A stretch of 64,000 nucleotides of DNA. Source: Eremomyces bilateralis CBS 781.70 (lineage: Eukaryota). Below the pieces are notes generated by a model. That model did no database searches, was not told where the DNA came from, and saw nothing but the letters and a program-made list of their open reading frames with translations. The stretch lies in assembly GCA_010015585.1 (NCBI GenBank), contig ML975157.1, one strand, 5' to 3'. Of the stretch, positions 24,600 through 34,526 are shown one piece after another (positions within the stretch are counted from its first letter, which is position 1; each line of letters opens with the position of its first letter). The position numbers and the translations under genes were made by a program.

Positions 24600-26642
24600 A
24601 TGTCTCCTAGGATACCTCCACCAGACATCACCTTCGTCGACTCTCCCGCATTGCCGGATCCGCAGTGGTACTCCCACGCCGCCTCCATAAACGGAGCGGG
24701 CCGCCTAATCTTCACCTCCGGCCAGGTCGGCCAGCACAAAGATGGAAGCTTCCCACTCAGCTTCGGCGATCAAGTGAAGCAGGCTGTCGCCAACCTCGCC
24801 GATGTATTACGGGCGGCGGGCGCAGCGCCTCGCGACGTTGTCCAACTGCGCTTCTATTGCGTCGACTGGTCCATGGATATCGGAGGCGATCTGGTCACTC
24901 CTGTGCTCGCTCTGCTCACCGAGACCTACGGGGTAACGTATCGCCCACTCACGACTCTCGTCCCAGTTCCGAAGTTGGCGTTCCCGGAAGCCAAATTCGA
25001 GATCGAGGCCGTGGCAAGCGTGGGCGGGTTATCGCGGCCATGGGTGTTGGCAGACGGTCATCTTCCCAACGGAGCTCAAACTCTCGTTGCCAACCGATTC
25101 CCTGTGCCTGCGGCAGAGGTGGATGTTCTGGTGGTCGGGGGAGGTTTCTCGGGTCTGATGGCAGCATATGAGTGTCAGCAAGCGGGTCTAAAGACTGTCT
25201 TGCTCGAGGCTCGGCATCGCGTTGGCGGTCGAAGCTGCTCGTTGGCTCTGAAGAGTGGCCCTGGCGTCATTGAGCTGGGCGCCACCTGGATCAACCGCAC
25301 GACTCAGCCAGCCGTCTACGCTCTCACCGAGAAGTTCGGTCTGGAGACAGCCGAGCAGTACACCACGGGTCAGGAAATCTTCCAAGGATTAGACGGATGC
25401 GTAACGAAAGTTCCAGATCCCCAGTCGCGTCGAATAAGCGTATGTGAATCCTACCCATAGCCTTGTCAATTCATTCACCGTCTTGCGCAGCTAACAGTAT
25501 TCATCATAGGACTCAGACCCAGAGACCACCGAGAAAGTACAGAAGCTCTTCCATCTGATTGAAGAGGCGGCCAACCAGCAGGACATTCGAAAATGGGACA
25601 GTTTCCCAGAGCACGAAGACGTCACTGTGGCAGAATGGGTTACGCAAAAGCGACTGTACGATAATGCCACCGTTCGAGCACAATGCCAACATTTGACGAG
25701 TGCCATTGTCGGACGCGAGCCGCACGAAACCGGAGCGCAATACTTCCTGGACTATATCAAGTCCGGCTGTGGCCTCACCAGCATCATTAGCGAGGGTGAA
25801 TTCGGCGCGCAGTCCCTGAAAGTCAAAAAAGGTACGAGTAGTGAGTGAATCGGCCATGTGGAACGCTCTTACAATGACCCATAGGAACATCGTCCATCGC
25901 AATGGCTCTTGCTTCCGAAATTGGCCCTGGCAATGTCTTCGTCCATAGCCCCATCAACACCATCGTCCAGTACAGAAAAGGAGCCACCGTCACCACCACC
26001 GGCGGCCAAACGTTCACCGCGAAGAAAGTGATCCTCGCCAATCCGACCAACACCTACAGCAACATCCAGTTCTCACCCCCGCTGCCCGCCGCAAAGCGAA
26101 CCCTCGTCTCGCGCACGAAGCCCGGCGTATATGCCAAAATGGTAATTTCTTACACCTCCCCGTGGTGGCGAACCGCCGGACTGGTCGGCAAGTTCTCCTC
26201 CCTGCTGGGGCCTATCTGCTTCAGCTGGGATACTAGCAGTGTCCCCGATCAGCAATATAGCCTTGCCTTCTTCATCGCCGGCGAGCGCGCCGCCAAATGG
26301 CATGCGCTTAATGCGCTCCGTCGTGAAGAAGCGGTGATCGAGCATCTCGCGACCCTGGTTGGACCCGAGCTAGCTGATAAGGTGAGAGATGTGCTCGAGG
26401 TGAATGAGGTAGAGTGGACCAAGGAGGAGTATATTGGAGGGGCACCGACGAGCACAATTGGCCCGGGACTGCTCCGTAAGTACGGCGCGGAGTTGAGGAC
26501 ACCGTTTAGAGATTTGCATTTCGCTGGTGGGGAACTGGCATTTGAATGGAAAGGATATCTGGAAGGTGCCGTTACGTCTGGGAAGCGAGCTGCCAGTGAG
26601 GTGATTGACGTATTGAAGAGCGGCGATGGAAGTAAACTATAG
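24600..26642 (+). CDS. Rid (YjgF/YER057c/UK114) domain fused to a flavin amine oxidase, with C-terminal PTS1 (SKL), 3 exons
   Basis: N-terminal YSHA..IFTSGQVG..QAVANL..FEIEAVA, then VVGGGFSGL..LEARHRVGGR..ELGATWIN..WKGYLEGAVTSG; introns 25440-25509 and 25832-25884; ends GSKL-stop. Confidence 0.95.
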
Positions 26643-27275
26643 GTTTGGTTAAGTCTTAAAAAGGTTGCTTGATATTGGCTTTCAAGTTATTATCTTCCTT
26701 CTTGACAATCTCAGACGGTTTTCATGGCATGATACATACTCTGTGGATCTACCAATCACCGTGCCGCCTTCATCGGGCATTCAACATACGTATTTGCTCA
26801 ATCTAGAAAATCATCAGAGGACTGTTGGTGAGTAAAGGGGAATTGGAATTTCTACAAAACAGCTCTCAATAACAGGAATTCATGGGCCTGGTCTATACAT
26901 ATGATTTCGGAGGTGATACTCGACACCTCAACTGCTCAGGTGACGACCATACCACCACGTGTAGAAGGACCTTGTCTTGGTCAATTCAAGTCAGATACGT
27001 TGAATGTATTTCCCGCGCGCTGTAAACAAATCCGAGTAAACGAATTCGCTTTAAACGAGTTCCTTCGCCCCAATGTGGTCCGGCTCGCTGTATGACGCGG
27101 TCAGTCCTGGTATATCGCCTGACATGACAGAATGTCAAAAGTCAAACAACATCCAGAACATGCTGATTCTTCGCACATTGACTAATCGGCACAGCATTGA
27201 AATAGGCCGTGACAACTCAAGTAGTGCGGGGTTCTCGATAAGAGCTCGAGGGGCAAGTCGGAATGGGACCAAAAG

Positions 27276-28361
27276 TCAAGGATTCGATTGCGGTGGTATT
27301 TCAGCTTCATCCGCCTCGTCATCATCATCACCTTGCACGTCCATCACACGCTCCCCAATTTTCTTAAGGGTTCTTTTGCTGAACGTACGAACACCGCGCC
27401 AGATGGCCTAGGTGGGAAGTCAGACGACGTCAACCAGTTGGTCCAGAAGACTCACATATAAAACTGTACCAATGCCGACCATCACAGCAATCCAGCTAAG
27501 ATTAGCAAGCCTCTGCCGCCCTGTGGTACCTCGCGCACGACCACCCCCAACGCGGATATTGAACCAGTTCCAAGGCGAGCTGAGAAACACCTTGAGGAAT
27601 CCGAGCAGGCCCAAAGAGGCCATGCCTTTGAGGAAATGGTCTGTCCAAGTGAATGGCTCCTCCACTTCGTGCCAATCGGGTTCTGTGCGGCTAATTTGAG
27701 ACAAAGTTCCCAACGGGTCAACGTAAAGGTTAATGATTGGATCCGCAATGAAGCCCAATAAGAACACGGCCAGCAGCAGGATCGCAATGGTGAGCGCTAC
27801 TTGAGCGACTGTGATCGTCAGACCATGCCAGAGAGATGCACTGTAGCATAGATACTAACCAGCACTGCTGATAATCCTCGCCCACGACATCCGCTGCAGG
27901 TGGTACCGAAACCCACACGTTGGACACTGCCAATAATTCCTCCTACCATATGCAGGGTCCACATGCCGCCACTTCTGCAAGCAATTCTCATGAACATATT
28001 TCGACGAGCCTTTGCATTTGCAGGGGCGCAGGAGACGCCCTTCCTCAGAGTCGTAGGTTACCGACGGTCCTGCTTGAAAGATGCCGGGCAGCGACTCCGA
28101 CGGAGGATGGTATGTGGGATGGACGGTATCTAAACATATCCGACACGTCCTGGGTTTCCACTGGCGTTGCTTGGGGGGGATATTCGTCTTTGGTGAAGCC
28201 GAAGCTTCCGGTGGTGCACGGTTGCCGCTGTCCGCCGGTGAGCTGGAGGATGGACCGGGTGCTCCAGAAGCTCGATGACGGGAGTCGTTGTTAGCAGGTC
28301 GGGGGGTGTCATCTAACCACTCCCAGCTGCCAAGATCCCTTCCAAATGCAGATGCGCTCAT
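27276..28361 (-). CDS. RING-CH (RINGv/MARCH-type) membrane E3 ubiquitin ligase, 3 exons
   Basis: CRIC..PCKCKGSSKYVHENCLQKW..CPTC followed by hydrophobic helices and an acidic tail. Confidence 0.9.
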
Positions 28362-28859
28362 TGTAAACCTGTAGGTCAAGCTCTTTTAGTGTATTCGTCC
28401 CAAACGCAGGGATTCCCTTTGTCAAGTAATCAAACTAGCAGCTGTCATGAGCCACTGGATAGATACATCTTCGCCTTGGACCGGCATTGGATCAAGCGAG
28501 TCTAAAAGAAACAAGGAGACCAAATGGTGAAGTGAATGTTGAACGTGGTATGTTTACCGAAGAGCTCCAAAGAATGAAGTCGAAAGATTTGAGTATGGAG
28601 AGGGGTCACGTGCAGTATCGGCCTTGACGCCTCAGCGCGCAGGAACATCAAGGAGCCGCGTCAAGCTGGAGCTCTGCCTGGACGATGGAGCTTCAGTTAC
28701 ACCGTTGAAGATACCACCGACATCTTTGTTCCCGAGAAGTATTCACATCTCAAACTCCTCGAGACCTCTCTTCAGCAACTTTTCGATACCCAGAATTCCG
28801 GTACTGTCTTCGCACTACTTGGCCATTCCCACCCACGCCTTTGCTACAATCAAGAGGCC

Positions 28860-29906
28860 ATGGCGGACCGCTATTCCTTCTCATTGACTACCTTCTCTCC
28901 CAGGTAAACATGTTTCCCCGATAAAATGGCGACAAATGTACTGACTTCTCCCAAGTGGTAAACTGGTTCAGATCGGTCGGTTACAAGCTCATCCATTTTG
29001 CACCTGAACTCATGCTGATCGACCACAGAGTACGCCCTCAATGCCGTCAACCAAGGAGTTACGTCCCTGGGTATCAAAGGTACTGCTATCCGACTCACGG
29101 CCCTTGCAGTTGATCTAACTTCTCCCAGCAACAAATGGCATCGTCTTAGCCACCGAGAAGAAATTCTCGTCTCCCCTCATCGACTCCGAATCCTCCTCCA
29201 AAGTCAGCCTCATCACCCCGAACATCGGTATGGTCTACTCTGGCATGGGTCCGGACTACAGGATATTAGTCGACAAGGCCCGCAAGGTCTCCCATACCGG
29301 ATACAAGCGCATCTACAATGAATACCCTCCGACGCGGATATTAGTGCAGGACGTTGCGCGCGTCATGCAAGAGGCGACCCAATCTGGCGGTGTCCGACCT
29401 TACGGTGTGAGTTTGCTGGTCGCAGGATGGGACGACGGTATCGAACCGGAGCAGGAAGACGATGGCGAGGCAGGCGAGACCGGTGAGGAGAAGAAGGCGA
29501 AGTCGGGCAAGACGGGTGGCATCCTGAAAGGCGGGCCCAGTCTGTATCAAGTCGATCCAAGCGGCAGCTACTTCCCGTGGAAGGCAACGGCGATCGGGAA
29601 GAGTGCCACGAGCGCGAAAACGTTCTTGGAGAAGCGATACAATGAGAGTCTGGAACTGGAGGACGCGATTCACATCGCGCTGTTGACGTTGAAGGAGACC
29701 ATCGAGGGCGAGATGAACGGCGATACCGTCGAGATTGGTAAGGAACGCTCGCGCATACCAATACCCCAAGCTAACTAGTCGCCATAGGTATCGTTGGTCC
29801 ACCCGAGGAGCGATTACTCGGTTACGAAGGCGTTGCCGGTGCCACTGGGCCCCGATTCCGCACCCTCACCTCTCAAGAAGTCGAAGACTACCTCACCAAC
29901 CTGTAG
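28860..29906 (+). CDS. PRE8: 20S proteasome subunit alpha-2, multi-exon
   Basis: Spliced [51 protein letters not shown] and [15 protein letters not shown] motifs. Confidence 0.97.
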
Positions 29907-29999
29907 GCCCCCGATGTACACGTTCGCAAAATCTTGCATGGACAGGGTATATAGCGGTTTCTTTGGTACAATTACATGGAGTCTCATGAGCGACAAGGT

Positions 30000-31565
30000 T
30001 TAATATCGGAATTTCGCGAATTCCGCCTCCTCTGCATGCCTCCTCTTGACCAGTGCAACAATCGATGCATCGTAGTAGTCTTCTGGGTTTTTGCCTGGCT
30101 TCAGGACTTCCTTCTCATGTACTGCTACTTCATCCCGCGTCATGCAGACGACATCCTGTATGTTCAACTTCGTCACTTTTTGCCCCGGAATGCTCGTATC
30201 CACAAAGTCGGCCGGTGGTGGACGCCATCTGACCAGCGCGAGTTTGGTATGTAGACCGCTCACCACGCTCTTGCCGCGGAACACCTCCTCAATGAGATAT
30301 CCAACATCCGCGGCGCTGAGAGGCATTCGCAATCCCTCTTGGTCAAAGCCCCAATGCCTCGCGAGCTTCTGTTCATACCCAAGGAGCCCACCGTGAACTC
30401 CTTCGTATAGTTTCTCCCTCCCTTTACTCGCGATGTACTCGTGCGGATAGCCGGTGATCTCTAGTATGACATGGTTTGCGATCGTGAGCCCGAACATTGC
30501 TGGCATGGTCCCCAGCACGGGGAGGATCCGAACACGAAAGTCCGGCATGACGCCCAGCTCGCCCACTTTTCCCTTCTCGAACTCGTCGTCCGGTAGCGGC
30601 AGTAATTTGGCCTTTCCGGGAACGAACTTCTCCGATGAGAATACCACGGGGACGCCATCCGCAACGCCGAGGAGTCGAAGTCGTCGCCGCACAGAGCGCG
30701 AGAGTGGATCATCGGTACTCGCGGAGATATCACCGATGAAGATGCGCGTCGGATCGGACTTGCAGCCCGCGCCCATCGAAGAGATCACGGGGATGTCATT
30801 CTTATGGCAGTAATGCAGCAGGTCGACCTTCGTTTCAATATTGTCAATCGCATCGATGACAAAGTCGGGTTTCCTCCCATCCGGCAGACTACCCAGCAAC
30901 CGCTCTACCGATTGAGCGGTGAGCATCTCATTGCAACAATCGAAGTGCACCCACGGGGCGACTTGCTCCAAGCGACGACGGAGGGTATGCACCTTGGGTG
31001 TGCCTACATCCGCCAGCGTCGCTACAGCATGTCGGTTCAGCGACGACAGCGTCACCTGGTCAAAATCAATCAGCCGGATATTGCTGACGCCGGACCGGGC
31101 CAGGGCAGCACAAGCATGCGAGCCAACGCCACCCAGGCCGATGACGACGATAAACGATGAGCGGAGCGCAGAGAGTCCTTCATCGTTCAAGAAGACGCGG
31201 TTGCGAGCCAATTGCTCGAGGATCAGCTCATCGTCGTAATCCCCTTGCTGGGCGCGGATGGCAAGCGCTCGACTGTGCTCATCTTCTTTGCTGGGCGCAA
31301 AGACCTCCGATGCGGCGCCGAACTCGGTCAACTAAACCGAAATTAGTCATCGAATCAATGCGGACAACGGGGGAGCGGTTACTTTTGTCGCCAGATGTTC
31401 ATCCGAAATCGATGGAATGGATGCTTTTAGATCCTCCACGCGCTGTCGTCGCCGAATGCTCTGAAATGTGAGGATCGCGCATGAGAAAAACGCTCCGCTG
31501 ACCACGGCGGTGGTTATGAGCTGCGCCTTATGGCTTGATACGGAATGGGATATCCATGATGACAT
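30000..31565 (-). CDS. TCD2: tRNA threonylcarbamoyladenosine dehydratase (ThiF/E1-like, Tcd1/Tcd2 orthologue), 2 exons
   Basis: N-terminal transmembrane anchor; EQLARNRVFL, GLGGVGS, DFDQVTLSSLNRH, DPLSRSVRRRL and RILPVLGTMP motifs. Confidence 0.9.
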
Positions 31566-32574
31566 CTCCTCTAACGGACGGGTTGTATTTGTTGGATTAA
31601 TACAGACGGAAGATTGCAGTGGTCGTTCGGATGAGAATCTTGCATCATCGTAAATTATATTTGCACGTGAGTTGGTATCAGGGCGAAATCTCCAATATTA
31701 ATAAATATGCTCTCAAAGTTAGCTAACTATATAATTTTGAATATTTAAAACCCAAAGATCTCCAATTTTAAATTATCCACATGCAAATAAATATTGAGGT
31801 TGCCTTGCCAATGGTGTATGGTATGCATACATACATAAAAACATCTCAAAATGCATACTATTTCATTGCCAACTGGTGCTCGTCAAGGCTCCCTGGCTAT
31901 CACCGGGTGAAGAAGTCGATATTCAAAAAATGACCTTCTGACTAGTCACTACCATGTCCAACAACCAACTATCCATACCCAGTCTTACATGAGTTGCTTA
32001 CAGTAAGGAAGGCGAAGAGTTCCAGGTTCCAGCATCTGAACCATCACGCTGAGGTTGACCCATCTTATTGGCACATCACCATCCCTATACGTACCATGCG
32101 ATGTGTTTCACCAGGAACCCCACTATCATATTAATGATTCAGGAATGAAAATTCCAGTGGCATCGTGAGATTGTTGGTGATCGTTCCTGGTCTTCGTACT
32201 ATTACAACTTACCAGGAGCCTGCAGTGAGGACCCCAACGGTTGCGTGGGGGCACCGGCATAACTTCGGTATTCCTATACCACAGCCTCAACCTTAACCTC
32301 TCTTTGAGTAAATAGAACAATCGTAAGGAAATATTAGTATTGTTCTTCCATGAAAGGGCTGCATTCCGGTGTTCAAGGTTGTCCAATATGTTCCGTTTGC
32401 GCTTTGTGTCTTAATCTGAATCTGGATCTTGTAATATGGCCGGTGTGAGCAAACACTGTGGAACATAAACTTCCACAATCCTCCCCGACTTTTAACCACC
32501 TTCTCTCACTTCCATCCTTCCCTTGGCTGTCTAGATTGGTGAAGAGAGGGAATCATCAACGCAAAGATCCAAGG

Positions 32575-33491
32575 ATGATGCGGCCACAACAGACTCCCTC
32601 CACATCCGCTGCCCCTGGACTTTCGAACTCGAGTAGAACCCGAGCCGTGCCGCAAATGGAGACCGATTCCGAAGACACCGAACTCAGTAGCAGCGACCAA
32701 CTAGGGCCCGGAGGCCCTTTGGCTATCTACTCTGATTTGCTTCCAAACGGCAAACGATCTCTCTCAGCTATTGCTCGTAATGCCTTCATCCTAGGTCTCG
32801 TCTTTGGCTGCAGCCTCTTATCGTGCATCATTCTTTTCACTCAGTCCCCATCGAACCGGTTTTGGCGCCCGTTCTTCTTCCTCTCGACACTCTCGAGTTT
32901 CCATTACCTGGAATTCTGGACGCATGCCTACGCCAATGTTCCGAACGCCGAAGTCAGCAGCTTCTTGCTCTTCACCAACGGGAAGGCGTACCAGGCCAGC
33001 CATCTGTCGGCGTTCCTGGAGACGGTCATTACGGCGTGGTTCTTTCCGGACTGGCAGGACCACTTTTCGAGACCAGCGCTGCAGATACTTGGTCTTGCTT
33101 GCGTGATAATTGGCCAGACGGTTCGCAGCGTCGCCATGGTTCAAGCGGGAACCAATTTCAACCATATTGTCCAGTCCAAAAAGAAAGAAACCCATATGTT
33201 GGTCACCTACGGCGTTTATGCATGGCTTCGACACCCGAGTTACTTCGGATTCTTTTGGTATGCGGTGGGTACGCAACTGGTCTTGGGAAACCTGCTCTGC
33301 ACCATCGCGTTTTCGGGGGTCTTGTGGGCGTTTTTCAACCACCGGATCAAGCGTGAGTTCGCCTGCCACATTCCTCTCATTCAGTTCACTAATAGTACAT
33401 AGAAGAGGAGAAATTCCTGACGAACTTTTTTGGAAAGGACTACACCGCGTACAAAGCCAGCACTCTGGTTGGCATACCGTTCATCCGATGA
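32575..33491 (+). CDS. STE14: Isoprenylcysteine carboxyl methyltransferase, 2 exons
   Basis: FHYLEF, GTNFNHIVQ and GVYAWLRHPSYFGFF motifs; after intron 33353-33402 it reads QEEKFL..VGIPFIR-stop. Confidence 0.95.
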
Positions 33492-33515
33492 CAGCCATCT
33501 CGCAAGCCCATTGGC

Positions 33516-34190
33516 TTAATATAGGAGATCTTCGTCACGTCGCCTCTTACGACCAACCTTCTTTAGGACACCAAACAAACCTTCAGAATCTCTTCGAGTG
33601 CTCCATCCACCTTGCTTGTCCAACCCAGCCATTGTCCTATCAAAGTCCTTCCATGTATTGCACTTCAAAAAATGCTTGCTCGACCCAGCAAATCCCAAAC
33701 CCCTATCCCTCAGTTCCGACTCACGTCTGTTGCCCAGTTTGCAGTTCGGTCTCGGATTAAAACGGCGGTTCGATCGGCTCGTCCTCTCGCCCTGAAAAGT
33801 ATTGAGTAATCGACTATTCACTTCCATCCGCGCCGCTGCTGTCATCAATGTCAGCCCACATCCCGCCAACCACCCTCCAGTCCTACCAATCGCATGCGAC
33901 GCGCAACGTCCGTATCCCGCCAACCGGTCATGATACCAATCCCAGACCCAAGGCGGCGGCGGCGGACCCACCCACACGGGACGAAACAGCTCTCGGGGCG
34001 GGCTGATATCGGCTGACGAATACGTGCGATGCTCCGGGCAGAAGTTCTTGACGAGGAACCGGCCCGTACCGAAATGCGGACACGGGTTCGTGGAGGAGTT
34101 CATGATGTGCCGAGACGCGCCGGAGCATCGGCCGTATGAATTTTGCTCGCATTGGCAGTACTCGTGCTTGATCCAGATTTGTCCGCACAT
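33516..34190 (-). CDS. Uncharacterised protein with a Cys/His-rich N-terminus
   Basis: ORF begins MCGQIWIKHEYCQC..C..C..CPEH; candidate 48-nt in-frame intron 33839-33886 (GTAGGA..GCTGAC..ACAG). Confidence 0.6.
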   Translation of the reverse strand: MCGQIWIKHEYCQCEQNSYGRCSGASRHIMNSSTNPCPHFGTGRFLVKNFCPEHRTYSSADISPPRELFRPVWVGPPPPPWVWDWYHDRLAGYGRCASHAIGRTGGWLAGCGLTLMTAAARMEVNSRLLNTFQGERTSRSNRRFNPRPNCKLGNRRESELRDRGLGFAGSSKHFLKCNTWKDFDRTMAGLDKQGGWSTRRDSEGLFGVLKKVGRKRRRDEDLLY

Positions 34191-34526
34191 GGTGATAGTG
34201 AGGGGTTCAGGGGCTTTGGGAAATTGGGTTGTGTTCTCCGAGTTAAGGGTGGATAACTATGTTTATGAAGCCAAGTGATAACAATGATACGGTATCCAGA
34301 GTTATATTTTCGTATGGATTGGAGCGTCTGGGTTTGCTTGTTTATGGGGAGACGGAGATGAAGGCTGGGAGGTGGGAGGTGTTGTCAACAGACTAGTCAT
34401 GTTTACAATTTACCTAAAGATACTAGAAAATAGACCACATGACAGATCGACCTCTGACTCCAACAGCAAGTTGGCTGTCGCTTTTCCTTGACCCCGTCGA
34501 TTTTGATTCTTTTACAATGACCCATT

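Noticed and set aside
17637..26642. Recent bacterial horizontal transfer of the amine cluster
   Set aside because: All four genes have spliceosomal introns, and the regulator belongs to a fungus-specific family.
29450..29535. Acidic/basic insertion in proteasome alpha-2
   Set aside because: As I recall, similar insertions are usual in Pezizomycotina Pre8, so it is not distinctive.
31690..32450. AT-rich patch and short ORFs between TCD and STE14
   Set aside because: Consistent with a divergent promoter; no coherent frame or repeat could be supported.
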